A DNA stretch of 64,000 bases from an uncultured archaeon (GCA_964447495.1 CAYUTF010000005.1:2240-66239), one strand, 5' to 3'. Shown: positions 39,557 to 50,135, numbered from the stretch's first letter. The notes: generated from the letters alone by a model not told the origin. Translations and numbers: made by a program.

Positions 39557-40912
39557 TTATTTACTTATATCTATCCAATTATCGATTTTTTCTAAAAATT
39601 CATATTTTTCTTTGGCACTCAATCCTTTATTAAGTTGAGCACGTTGATATATATTTGCTAATTTACTCATTTCCCATAAGAAGTTAATATGGAATACTAT
39701 AGATTTTATATAATCACGTCCTATTTCCAATGCTTTTCCAATTGAGCGTACATCGTAATCCGCTTCTACAATTTTTTTCAAAGTCGATAAAGTATCAACT
39801 ATATTTGTCATAGGAATCTGTGGAAGGGGTTTTATCTTCACAGTTGGACGCTCTATAAATCTGGGTTCAAAATAATCTCGTTTTAATTCTTCTTCTGCCA
39901 TATCTGGCTCTACATGCTGTGGCTGATATAATTTGTCTTTAATGATCGATACAGAATCTTCTAACTCTTTTTGGGATTGTCGTTTAAACTGATTGGGCCA
40001 ATTTACAATACTATCGATGTATTTTTCTGCAGCTCTTAAAATCGACACTTTTTTTCCGTTTTTATTGGTATTGTTTACTTGATAAATTGGCAAATTTGGT
40101 ATCTTTATTTTTAACCATATATTAGCTTGATCAATTAATGAATACAGGTGCATCGGATCAAATTCAATCGTAGAATATACATCCTTCAGTATGTTTAAGT
40201 TCTCATTAATTGACTGGATTTCTGAATCGGTGAAATGATCAATAAGAAATCTATAAAGTCTCAATGAGATTGAATTGATTCCTGCAGTTGGTTCTATATA
40301 TTTCATTTTTAAATTAGATTCCATTCCATCGGAAATTAATATAGTATTGAAATAATCCCAATGAGCGCTTAAAATCATATGATCGGTTTTTCTAAGTTGA
40401 TACGACGTAGGATCACGGATTTTCTCCATAAAATCTAAGAGAATGTCCTTATAGGGAATAAAAAGATTTCTCACTAAGGTCCCTTCAATAAAGGTCTTTT
40501 TATTTGGTGATTTAAAAGACAAATCAATTGGTAGTTTAATCACATCTTCAGCAATAATCACATCGGAATCATTTTGTAATGTAAGATTTCTTGATGTTGC
40601 TAAACGATCGTATACAAAATCAGAGAGCATTAATCCCGTTAACAATCTACTATCTGTTATATATCTCCCAGATTGAACTTCGAATTTTGTATAATAATAT
40701 CCTAAACCCATAAGATAATATATTATTCCTTTTGGAGTGTGAACTCGTCGTTCCATCCCACCAAAAAAGATTACTAAATCCTGAGAAATTTTTACAACAT
40801 CATGATGAACATAAGTACCCAATGTGGGATATCCTAGAAGCTTACCCCAACTAGGGATTACCAGAAAGATGTTATTTTTAATTAAATCTCCTTTTATAAT
40901 TGCTTTTGACAT
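39557..40912 (-). CDS. Hypothetical protein, apparently co-operonic with the profilin-like gene
   Basis: 451 aa with no recognised motif. Its stop is 23 nt upstream of the profilin-like start on the same strand. Confidence 0.4.
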   Translation of the reverse strand: MSKAIIKGDLIKNNIFLVIPSWGKLLGYPTLGTYVHHDVVKISQDLVIFFGGMERRVHTPKGIIYYLMGLGYYYTKFEVQSGRYITDSRLLTGLMLSDFVYDRLATSRNLTLQNDSDVIIAEDVIKLPIDLSFKSPNKKTFIEGTLVRNLFIPYKDILLDFMEKIRDPTSYQLRKTDHMILSAHWDYFNTILISDGMESNLKMKYIEPTAGINSISLRLYRFLIDHFTDSEIQSINENLNILKDVYSTIEFDPMHLYSLIDQANIWLKIKIPNLPIYQVNNTNKNGKKVSILRAAEKYIDSIVNWPNQFKRQSQKELEDSVSIIKDKLYQPQHVEPDMAEEELKRDYFEPRFIERPTVKIKPLPQIPMTNIVDTLSTLKKIVEADYDVRSIGKALEIGRDYIKSIVFHINFLWEMSKLANIYQRAQLNKGLSAKEKYEFLEKIDNWIDISK

Positions 40913-41213
40913 TGGTGTATGACTTTGATTATCCCTTTAGTAATAGGATGTTAATTATTAATATATAGTTTTTCGAAATGGATAAAGCAATTTATACAGA
41001 AAAGAAGAAAAAAATGATATTTATACTTATAGTTCTTCTATTTTAAAAAAATTACTATAATTTTGTTCTTCTAATATTAATTTGATACCAAGATATCAAA
41101 AATACATATAAGTCCTGAATTGTATAATTTTTAGAATAGATGATGCGTTATATTTCTTAATTTTTTACTTTTCATATGAATGAGATAGTATAAATTAATT
41201 CATTTATGATTTA

Positions 41214-42008
41214 CTAACTTAGATTTTTAGGTTTCTTCATATAATAATATTTAAATAGTGTTCTAAATCCTAGTTTTTGGTATAATCTGAGCGCTGGAAT
41301 ATTATCTTTCTCAACTTGAAGCCATATTTTTTTAATTTGATTCATAGAGGATAAATATTCGATAATTTCTTTTATCATCGTTGATGCTATAGCTCTTTTA
41401 CGATACTTAGGCTTAATTAATATATCAGCTAAATATAAATATTGTCTTGGCTCTAAAACAGCCATAAGTATTCCGATAATCTCATCGTTATTTTTCGCAG
41501 TTATGAATCTTTTTTTCGGTATGATTATTTTATTAGTTAATCTTTGAATTACTTTCTGTTCTTCCTTAGATCGAGAAGAGAACTCTGCTAAAAAATTTGA
41601 AAACTCTAGAGAGCGTTCTTTATCAATATTATAACTAAATTCATAATTATAATCCCCAAATATTAGATTTTGAGCCTTGACAACCATGGTATTTGTGAAG
41701 TCGAATGGAGTATAGTTTCTTTCGATAAGTTTGTCCTTTAAATAAGATGGTTTGAAACAATCTGGTAAATAAAAAGTAGGCGTAATGATATGTCTCTCAT
41801 ATGCATTTTCAACCATATCTATATCTATATCTATTGTTTCCATTGTTCCAGTATAATTTAAGGGAATTACGGAGTTTGCACGCCAAGTCACACCATCATT
41901 AAATCGTAAAATCCACCCATTCAAGAAGAAATAATTATTAGCGGGCCAAGAATTCATAAATATTTCTTGAACTTTTCTAACCTCATCAATGTGTTTCATA
42001 TTTATCAC
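41214..42008 (-). CDS. GNAT-family N-acetyltransferase
   Basis: Acetyl-CoA binding core IKPKYRKRAIASTMIKEIIEYL ... LQVEKDNIPALRLYQKLGF. Confidence 0.75.
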   Translation of the reverse strand: MINMKHIDEVRKVQEIFMNSWPANNYFFLNGWILRFNDGVTWRANSVIPLNYTGTMETIDIDIDMVENAYERHIITPTFYLPDCFKPSYLKDKLIERNYTPFDFTNTMVVKAQNLIFGDYNYEFSYNIDKERSLEFSNFLAEFSSRSKEEQKVIQRLTNKIIIPKKRFITAKNNDEIIGILMAVLEPRQYLYLADILIKPKYRKRAIASTMIKEIIEYLSSMNQIKKIWLQVEKDNIPALRLYQKLGFRTLFKYYYMKKPKNLS

Positions 42009-42186
42009 AAGAATAAAGTAGCTTAAATAATTAAAATTTCATATCCTTAATTATAATATTTAACTTTTTTTAATCTAAGTTTGTACGTCATATAAGTAAT
42101 AAATCAATGAGAATCTCGTAAGAATTTAAGTAAATAATTAATTGAATTGTTAAAGAGTATATTTTAGATAATTTAGGCTTATTTGT

Positions 42187-42342
42187 ATGAAAAAACTTGC
42201 AGAAAAATTAGGAAAACTTGATATTGAACTTTCAAAATGGACAAGAAAAATATTGTATGAACATATTGTGGAGATTAGTGACCAGCTAAATACACAATTT
42301 AATCCTAAAAGTCATCAATTTAAGCAAACCGTAGAAGTATAA
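42187..42342 (+). CDS. Possible small ORF (51 aa)
   Basis: The ATG-to-TAA frame MKKLAEKLGKLDIELSKWTRKILYEHIVEISDQLNTQFNPKSHQFKQTVEV lies in an otherwise empty 690-nt spacer. It is below the ORF-track cutoff. Confidence 0.2.
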   Translation: MKKLAEKLGKLDIELSKWTRKILYEHIVEISDQLNTQFNPKSHQFKQTVEV

Positions 42343-42696
42343 GCTTTTCTTATTTCATCCTATCCTATTTTTTGTAGTATTAACTTGGATCTTCTAATCC
42401 AGATTTTCTTTCTTCCATTGTTTTAGATATAAATAAAAAATTCTATAGGAGAAACCAATTGAACTGAAAGAATCTTTTAAATACCGAGTAATCTTCTTTT
42501 GGTTGGTTCGAAACTTAATCAACTTTAAAATTAGGTATAAAAACTCGTTAATTAATCATTATAATATCATAATAACATAACTTTTATCTCAGAAAACTCT
42601 AAAATCATTAAAGGGAATACTAATTTTTAAGAGGTTTACATAATTCTTTTTCTTAATAATTTTAAGAACCTCGTAAGTTATTTCGAATTTGGGACA

Positions 42697-42900
42697 GTGA
42701 TCATGAAAAAGATTTGTAAATGGTACTATTGTTGTCCTATTAAGTATTTTGTTGATAGTGGCAAATTAGATAAAAAGTGGGTTGAAGATTTTTGTTTAAT
42801 TGACAATCATGAGTGCGTTCGATTTCAATTAGAAGAAAAAGGTATTTACCATGAAGATAATATGCTTCCTGATGGAAGTATAAAAGATGATCTTGAATAA
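42697..42900 (+). CDS. Small Cys-rich protein (67 aa)
   Basis: CKWYYCCPIKYF...KKWVEDFC...HECVRF, which resembles a small conserved anaerobe family recalled from memory. Confidence 0.4.
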   Translation: MIMKKICKWYYCCPIKYFVDSGKLDKKWVEDFCLIDNHECVRFQLEEKGIYHEDNMLPDGSIKDDLE

Positions 42901-42929
42901 TATGGTATTATTCCTATATTTATAAGATC

Positions 42930-44354
42930 TTACTTTTTATGATATTCAATTGTCACTGTGTCTAACTTCTTTACTGCGGATTTTTTCTTATTCCATAATT
43001 GTTGGGCTTTCTCAACCCATTCGATAAAATTATCAGTATTGTCAGGATAATGTTCATAGTGTTTTTTAATTTTTCCCGCTAAGCCATTTGCGCTTATTAA
43101 ATTCTTAATATGCTTGAAAGACAATTTTCGTTTAATTATTCCCCATAATAATTTTCCAATAAATTTAAGGAGTTCTCCTAACGTCATCTCTTCTTCATAT
43201 TCTTTATTAGGCTCTGGAATCTCATCATCTTCGCCTGTTTTATAGATTAATCCTTTTTTAATGAAATAACCCCATTCTTTTTCATTGAAATTGAGAATCC
43301 CAGAGAGTTGGGTAAATAACATCGCAAATTTAGCACCTTGGTCTTTGAAATATCTTGCATTAATATCCCATAATAAATCTCTCGATATATACCCTGGAGT
43401 CTGAAGAGCTTTATCAATGACTTCAGTAGCGATCATACATAACATCCAAGTGGCGGTGACTCCATGTCCAGAAAAGGGATAAGTTATAGCTGCGGCATCA
43501 CCAATACAGAGAAATCCATCTGCCACTAATGAGTAAGGTGGTCTTCTGTATGGTGTAAATCCTTGCTCTTCCTTAGTTACTTCATATGAGGGTAATTCAA
43601 TTCTATTTAAGAAATCTTCACGAGCTAAACGGGCATTTTCATAAGAACCTGGTTGACCAACACCCAAAATTGCCCCTTCTTTCTCATAAGAAGGACCAAA
43701 CCATAGTAACCACCAATTATACCCCGTATCTGATATTGGATGAGGCTTTTCAAGTTCAGACCATTTAATATACTGTAAAAGAACATGCATTACATCATTT
43801 GGACCTAATTTAAAAGTTTCCATACCATAATCTTGAGGCAATGAAGTTCTAATTACTGCAGAGGTACCTGAAGCATCAACTATGATTCGCGCATTATATT
43901 TTAGTTCTTCTCTATTTTTTTCAACAATTATTCCAACAATTTTCTTATTTTCAAAAACTAACTCCTTAAATTTAGTTGAAAATTCAATTATTACTCCATC
44001 CTTTTCTAAAATAGTATACATTTTATTTAGGAAGGGCGTTAATCTTACTATGGTTTGAAATGCTCTGATTTTTAGTTCTGTTTTTAAATCAGGAGTCACA
44101 ACTGTCGATTGATCTCTTATTTCAATACAGTCTGGATCGCCAGGTTTAAAAGAAGGTAATCCCGCTTTTTTTATCCTATCTGATTCAAAATGTATCACAT
44201 CTAACCTCTTTCCCACATTTTCTCTCTTATCTTGTTCAATGATTAGAACAGAGTGCCCTAATTTTGCAATACTCCATCCTAAATAAGTCCCTGCTGTACC
44301 TGCTCCAACAATTAAAACATTATATTCATATTTTCTACTCATTTTACTATTCAC
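42930..44354 (-). CDS. FAD-dependent oxidoreductase (geranylgeranyl reductase-like family)
   Basis: N-terminal dinucleotide fold VLIVGAGTAGTYLG...LIIEQ and a later GDAA motif (CIGDAAAITYPFSGHG). Confidence 0.65.
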   Translation of the reverse strand: MNSKMSRKYEYNVLIVGAGTAGTYLGWSIAKLGHSVLIIEQDKRENVGKRLDVIHFESDRIKKAGLPSFKPGDPDCIEIRDQSTVVTPDLKTELKIRAFQTIVRLTPFLNKMYTILEKDGVIIEFSTKFKELVFENKKIVGIIVEKNREELKYNARIIVDASGTSAVIRTSLPQDYGMETFKLGPNDVMHVLLQYIKWSELEKPHPISDTGYNWWLLWFGPSYEKEGAILGVGQPGSYENARLAREDFLNRIELPSYEVTKEEQGFTPYRRPPYSLVADGFLCIGDAAAITYPFSGHGVTATWMLCMIATEVIDKALQTPGYISRDLLWDINARYFKDQGAKFAMLFTQLSGILNFNEKEWGYFIKKGLIYKTGEDDEIPEPNKEYEEEMTLGELLKFIGKLLWGIIKRKLSFKHIKNLISANGLAGKIKKHYEHYPDNTDNFIEWVEKAQQLWNKKKSAVKKLDTVTIEYHKK

Positions 44355-44854
44355 CTTAATTACTTACAAGTAAAAATCTTCTGATCTTAAATATGTAAAA
44401 TTATAGTATATCTTATATTTTATGTACTAGTATGTGTAAAAAAGTATGTTTTTGATAAACTTTAAAATAGAGTAATAACGTTAGTGATTTGAATTTACAT
44501 TAAAAACGTTTTGATGTAATATGGATGACCGAAAATCTGAAAATAAATCGGAAATATGGTTAAAATATTGCGAAGACTGCATCAAATCGAAATTAGAAAG
44601 TAATGGAGACTCTGTTTCTAACCCTAATCCTAATCGCTTGAAAAAGAATTCCTCACCACTTTAACGGTTAAATGCATTTAAATATCTCTTTTCTTCTTTT
44701 TTAGACAGAATATAAAATAATTAAATATGTCGGAATTGTTTACTTCTACTTCTAATCACCCCTCTCCCTCTCCCTCTCCTTGCAAAATTCTTAAAGGGCA
44801 AATTTTTTTTAACCCCATTTCATATTATCAAATAACATTTATCGTGAGTATATA

Positions 44855-46039
44855 TTGATTATGAATTCAAAAAAACGGGTTAAAGCAGCAATTTACTTCA
44901 ATACTCCCGATAGAGTTCCCATCTTTAATAAGATAAGTGGTGATGTATTCCCATTACTGATCAGTTATTCAAAAAATTGGAAACCTGGTTGGAATGAAGG
45001 TGAAGAAGATTTATTTCCCCATATAAGAGGTATATCTAATTGGAATCGCCCTAATTGGGTAATTAAAAACCCTGAATATGAAGGAAGTAATTGGAAAAGA
45101 ATACCTCATGAGGAAATTGATGAATGGGGATGTATATGGAACATGAAAGGAAATGATCAGAATATGGGACATCCCGGGCGTCCTTCCCTTCTCGATTGGA
45201 ACGATTTTGATGATTATTTTGATAGATATACTCCAGATGCAAGTGATAAAACAAGATATGAGTTCGCTCTTGATCAATTAAATAATCTTCATGATGAAAA
45301 ATATAAAACTCTACATTTAAATTGTAATGGTCCATCACAAGTGATATCCAATGTAAGAGGTTTCGATAGATATTTAATAGATCACAGAAAACATCCAAAT
45401 GAGTTACAAAAAGCCTTAAAAAAGGTTGCAGATTATCATGTTGAAGTTATGAAATATGCTAAGAAATATGGAATTAATGCTGATGGATTTTGGATTGTTG
45501 ATGATTTAGGTGAACAAACTGGTCCTTATTTTGGGCAGAAATTGTTTGAAAAGATTCATGAAGAATCATATCGAATTATTATTGATAACGCTCACGATAT
45601 GGGTTTAGAAGTACATCAACATTGTTGTGGGAAGATCGATCCTTTACTTGATTCATTAATAAAATGGGGATTAGATGCAATCGAATTAGACAGTCCGCGA
45701 ATGAGCGGGTATCCTGATTTAAGAAAATATCGGGGAAAAATAATGTTCTGGGGTTGTGTAAACATTCAATCAACATATACTTTAGGAACACCTGAGGAAG
45801 TTGAAAGAGAAGTATGGCATATGATTCGAAATTTAGGGACAAAGTATGGAGGCTATGGAGCATACTTTTACGATACTCCAAAGGATTTAAATGTTCCCCG
45901 AAAGAACATTAAAGCATTTCAAAAAGGTTTAGATCATTTTGGAGTATACTCGGAAATTCCAGCTCATTGGTGGAATTATCCAACACCAGAGATTTGGAAG
46001 GATGATGTGGTACCCCTTTTACCACCAAATCATTTATGA
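44855..46039 (+). CDS. Uroporphyrinogen decarboxylase (URO-D)-like / methyltransferase-like family protein
   Basis: N-terminal KKRVKAAIYFNTPDRVPIF and a TIM-barrel-sized body, typical of URO-D/MtaA-like proteins. The true start may be ATG 44861. Confidence 0.45.
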   Translation: MIMNSKKRVKAAIYFNTPDRVPIFNKISGDVFPLLISYSKNWKPGWNEGEEDLFPHIRGISNWNRPNWVIKNPEYEGSNWKRIPHEEIDEWGCIWNMKGNDQNMGHPGRPSLLDWNDFDDYFDRYTPDASDKTRYEFALDQLNNLHDEKYKTLHLNCNGPSQVISNVRGFDRYLIDHRKHPNELQKALKKVADYHVEVMKYAKKYGINADGFWIVDDLGEQTGPYFGQKLFEKIHEESYRIIIDNAHDMGLEVHQHCCGKIDPLLDSLIKWGLDAIELDSPRMSGYPDLRKYRGKIMFWGCVNIQSTYTLGTPEEVEREVWHMIRNLGTKYGGYGAYFYDTPKDLNVPRKNIKAFQKGLDHFGVYSEIPAHWWNYPTPEIWKDDVVPLLPPNHL

Positions 46040-46942
46040 TAATTTATAATTCATTGGAATAAAAACGGGAAAAATATAAGCATCAATTACCTTAGAATAA
46101 TATTTTATTGTATCTCCTACCACCCACATAATCGTTGCTTTTTTTATATGATTTTGTTGCATATCCCATAAGCACCACTTTAAGAGTTCTGCGCCAATTC
46201 CTTTTCCACGCAAATTTTTCAATACTCCTGTGGGACCAAAAGAACCAGGGAATAATTGACTATGTGTTGCCCATCCTATTATCTTATTCTGTTTGTCTTT
46301 TGCTATGAAAGTAGTTGGTGGATTTAGTTTATAAGAGAGTTCGACTTCTTTTGCCCAAGTTCTTTCTGGTAAGAATTCTTCCACAAACTTAAATAATTTT
46401 TGAAAATCCTCTTGTTTAACCCTTTCAAAATGATATCCTCCATTTTCTAATTTAGGAATTAGGCTTAAATCTTCAAGATTAACCGTAAGATTTTGTCTCA
46501 TTTTAGAAGTACGAAATCTATTTTTTTTCAAAAAGAAATATAAACTTGTATGTCGTAAATCAACACCAGGTTGCCAATAATTAGGGACAGAATCACCATA
46601 AGAAATCCTATTTGCGCCTTTAGAATGGGCTCTTTTTATTAATTCATTTAACATGCGGGTTCCAATACATTGTCTCTGAAACTTTTTGTCTACTAGACAT
46701 GCTTTTAAGTAACAAATTCTTTTAACTGCATTTAAACGTATAATTGCGATAAACGCAGCGATAATTAAGTTTTTTTCTTTACTTCTTAAAATTAAGGTTA
46801 AATCAGGGTCAAAATCTTTATCCTCTAATGTTCCCTTTTTAAAATAATGGGAGGGAATTAAGGATACAATCTGATTTCTTTTAAATAAGGCATAAACATC
46901 TTCAATATTTTCCGCATTTAAGGATTTATAACTCATATTCAT
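46034..46942 (-). CDS. Tandem GNAT acetyltransferase-domain protein
   Basis: Two GNAT cores: VDKKFQRQCIGTRMLNELIKRAHSKG and LKNLRGKGIGAELLKWCLWDM. Confidence 0.7.
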   Translation of the reverse strand: MNMSYKSLNAENIEDVYALFKRNQIVSLIPSHYFKKGTLEDKDFDPDLTLILRSKEKNLIIAAFIAIIRLNAVKRICYLKACLVDKKFQRQCIGTRMLNELIKRAHSKGANRISYGDSVPNYWQPGVDLRHTSLYFFLKKNRFRTSKMRQNLTVNLEDLSLIPKLENGGYHFERVKQEDFQKLFKFVEEFLPERTWAKEVELSYKLNPPTTFIAKDKQNKIIGWATHSQLFPGSFGPTGVLKNLRGKGIGAELLKWCLWDMQQNHIKKATIMWVVGDTIKYYSKVIDAYIFPVFIPMNYKLS

Positions 46943-46958
46943 TGCTTTGGGCTTTTAA

Positions 46959-47672
46959 TCATAATAATTTTATTACATCCTTTAATGAGCCTTTATAATC
47001 AGGTTCGGGCATACTTGAGCTAAAATCTGTATTCGAACTTTCTACCAAGAAAGTTGGACAGCCTATTTTAGCAGCAATCATATCTTTCGCCTCATCACCA
47101 ACCATCAAGCAATTATTAGCGGGAATCCCCATAAATTGTACTATATCTTTATAATATAACAAATTGGGTTTATTGGCTCGGGAATTTTCAATGTGCGTTA
47201 TTAATTTAAAATCAAAGTTACCAACTCCCGCCCAATCTAATCGCTGCTTAATAGCTGTTAAAGGAAGAACGGGAGTAGTGGCAATTACAGCTTCAAGATT
47301 ACTCTCAAATACTTTTTGAACAACAGAAAAAGCACTTTCTTTTTTTACGGTATATTGTTTAAGTTTTACAAATTCATTTTCATAAAATTTATCAAAATAG
47401 GGTTGTATTTCTTCACGAGTGTAGCCTTCTAACGGAAAAAAAACTTCAGCAAATACAGAATCATTAGTTTTATTTCCATCATTATGATTTACTGCTTCAG
47501 ATGCTTTCAGGAGTTTTGAGATTACTTTCCGTTGTGGAACTAAATGGGAAATACTTTCTGATAACATTCTTAAATAATTAGGAATAAATTGTTTTAAATC
47601 TACGTCTATTAAAGTTCCATCTAAATCAAACAATACTGCTTTTATATTATGTTTTTGTCCCACTTTCTTCAA
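46959..47672 (-). CDS. HAD-superfamily hydrolase
   Basis: Motif I VLFDLDGTLID and motif IV MVGDEAKDMIAAKIGC. Confidence 0.8.
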   Translation of the reverse strand: MKKVGQKHNIKAVLFDLDGTLIDVDLKQFIPNYLRMLSESISHLVPQRKVISKLLKASEAVNHNDGNKTNDSVFAEVFFPLEGYTREEIQPYFDKFYENEFVKLKQYTVKKESAFSVVQKVFESNLEAVIATTPVLPLTAIKQRLDWAGVGNFDFKLITHIENSRANKPNLLYYKDIVQFMGIPANNCLMVGDEAKDMIAAKIGCPTFLVESSNTDFSSSMPEPDYKGSLKDVIKLL

Positions 47673-47925
47673 TTAGCAATAGAATTATATTAATGATAAA
47701 AAGTTATAATTAAAATTATAATTTTCGAATAATTCACATAGCTAATGTTAAACACGAAACTTTATCAAAGGATCAAAGTTTTATCCTTACTTGAATTAAT
47801 TAAATTATTTTTACTCAAGAGAATGCAATATAATCTTTAATGGTAATCTAAATTAATAATAAAAAATATTTATTAAAGTCTATATTAAATATAATTATAA
47901 ATATCTCTCAAGCGATTTGTAAATT

Positions 47926-49131
47926 ATGAAATTAGAACTTAGCGATTTAAACAATGGGTTAGTTTATATCGGAGACAAACTCAATGTGAGAACAAAGTTT
48001 CACTTTGAAAAGGAAACCCCAATATTATGGTCTGGTATTAAACTACTTGCTCACTCCCCTTGCTTTAAAGAAATACAAATCGCAAAAAATGAGATTTTCT
48101 CTAAAGGCACTTTTGAAGCGGGGGATTATTATCGCGATCGTGCCTTATTAGTAACTAATAATGCTGTACCTACAATAAAGAGCCGTAATCTAAATTATGA
48201 AATTAAACTTACGCTTCGGCAACCACATCCACTTAATCCTAGTGAAGATGATCTTATAATAAATAAAGCTCATGATATTACTATCAAAACTAAAGAAATG
48301 GGTATTCTAAATAAAAAGCCAAACCCTATTTCATTCTCAATGTCGGGATTAAATTTAATGATATCCAAAGATATTTTCAAACCGGGAGAAACGATGAAAA
48401 TAAATTTTTCTTCAGAAGAAATTAGACATATCGAAGTGCGATTATTACAGGAAGCAAATATTATTTGTTATTGTGAAGCTTACGGTCAAAATTGTAGGAA
48501 AGTAGAAATATTACCCCCTGCAATCGCAGGAGATGCAAAGACCTCTGATATAGACAAGGGCTATTTATTATTAAAAATTCCTGAAATCGCTGAACCAACT
48601 CATAACTATTTATGGGAACCTACAGAAAAAGAGCATTGGGGATTTAATTTTGGAGATTATTCTAAGTGGTTTCTATTAGTATTAGCGAAACCTATAGTTG
48701 GACGAGAAATAATTAAATTTGAAGTTCCTATTATGATTTCAGCATCACCAATCGAGAAAGAAAAAGGAGATATCGATCTATTTGCAAAAGCTACAGGAAG
48801 TGCACCGTCGTTATTTGAAGGTGTTTCATCCAAATTTCAAAATATTTACAAAATAATATCGATTGATTCGGATATTGAAAAGTATAGAATACACATTAAA
48901 AATATATCAAAGCATAAACTCGAAGGGGTTACCGTTAAACTGATAGGATTACAAGAAGCATTATTCGAAACAGCACCAGCATTAACTGGGTTTAAAGAGT
49001 GGGATGTTAATGAAGAAAAAGAGGTTGAATACCTTACAAAACAAAACATTACTACGCTAATTTCTCTATTTGAGGATAACTCACAGAGATCTATACGAAT
49101 TCAATCACCTCTCTCTTCGGATTTCTTTTAA
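47926..49131 (+). CDS. Hypothetical protein, possible arrestin/Spo0M-like double beta-sandwich
   Basis: Two similar halves: VYIGDKLNVRTKFHFEKETPILWSGIKLLAHS...FEAGDYY...VPTIKSRNLNYEIKL and IFKPGETMKINFSSEEIRHIEVRLLQEANI. A third beta-rich region follows. Confidence 0.35.
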   Translation: MKLELSDLNNGLVYIGDKLNVRTKFHFEKETPILWSGIKLLAHSPCFKEIQIAKNEIFSKGTFEAGDYYRDRALLVTNNAVPTIKSRNLNYEIKLTLRQPHPLNPSEDDLIINKAHDITIKTKEMGILNKKPNPISFSMSGLNLMISKDIFKPGETMKINFSSEEIRHIEVRLLQEANIICYCEAYGQNCRKVEILPPAIAGDAKTSDIDKGYLLLKIPEIAEPTHNYLWEPTEKEHWGFNFGDYSKWFLLVLAKPIVGREIIKFEVPIMISASPIEKEKGDIDLFAKATGSAPSLFEGVSSKFQNIYKIISIDSDIEKYRIHIKNISKHKLEGVTVKLIGLQEALFETAPALTGFKEWDVNEEKEVEYLTKQNITTLISLFEDNSQRSIRIQSPLSSDFF

Positions 49132-49184
49132 TTATCATCTGTTGATTAATTTCAACTTTAAAAACTTTAGATGAAGCGAATAAA

Positions 49185-49991
49185 ATGAATAAATCTGAAA
49201 TGCTCAAGTTTTTCTTTGATGATCCAAAGTCTAAAGGAATCGAGAAACAATTAGATAATAATAGACTTCAATATTTTTATTTTAAAGACGATTTAAGTAT
49301 ACATACGGAAAAAAAGGAAGTATTGAATGGATGCTTATTAAAAGGACAATGTGAATTAAAATTTGAAAATTTCACTTTTAAGCTTGATCAATTTGATCTA
49401 TTTTTTTTACCTCCTGAAAAGGAGATATCAATTCACTTAGATTCTAAAATTAAGCATCAAAATAAAATATGTCTTTATTATAGTCGAATTAAAGATACTG
49501 TGGAGGCAAAATTCGAGATACAACAATTTTCTTTGGATAAATTTATTCCAAGAGGAGAATTTAGCTCAGAAACAAAAATGGCTACATATCGTACAGTTTG
49601 GACTGCATTTAAAAACGGCTACTTTATGTCTGGATTTACAAATATACCTAAAAAGGCTCTAAAGCAAGGTGTAGTAACCAGTGTTAATATAGAATCTCCA
49701 TCTGATGAGGATAAGGAAATTTTTCCACATATACATCCTGATTTTCCAGAAGTCTATATCTTTTGTATTGATGATGATAATTATGCGGTTACCCAATATT
49801 TAATAGATGATGCGGGAAAATCGGTCTGTCAAGATATACCCGATGGAGGAGGTGTATTTTTTCCCGGATATCTTGGGCATTTAAATTTTGCAAAACCATT
49901 TGGTAAAAATATTAAATATTGTATGTATCTATGGTTTATATCAACGCAAGGAGAAACTCACACTGTAAATCCTATAACGCTTAGAGTGTAA
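49185..49991 (+). CDS. Cupin-fold protein (IolB/KduI-like?)
   Basis: FPHIHPDFPEVYIFCIDD ... GGGVFFPGYLGH resembles a cupin metal site. The assignment is weak. Confidence 0.3.
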   Translation: MNKSEMLKFFFDDPKSKGIEKQLDNNRLQYFYFKDDLSIHTEKKEVLNGCLLKGQCELKFENFTFKLDQFDLFFLPPEKEISIHLDSKIKHQNKICLYYSRIKDTVEAKFEIQQFSLDKFIPRGEFSSETKMATYRTVWTAFKNGYFMSGFTNIPKKALKQGVVTSVNIESPSDEDKEIFPHIHPDFPEVYIFCIDDDNYAVTQYLIDDAGKSVCQDIPDGGGVFFPGYLGHLNFAKPFGKNIKYCMYLWFISTQGETHTVNPITLRV

Positions 49992-50135
49992 AAAGAGACA
50001 CTATTAATAATTTACAATAATTATATAATTTTGCTTGCCTGATTCGAATCTCGATGAATTAGTATATAATATTATATCGAAAACTATTTCTAAAGTAAAC
50101 AATTTCAATAAATAAGCTAAACATTAATACCCTCA

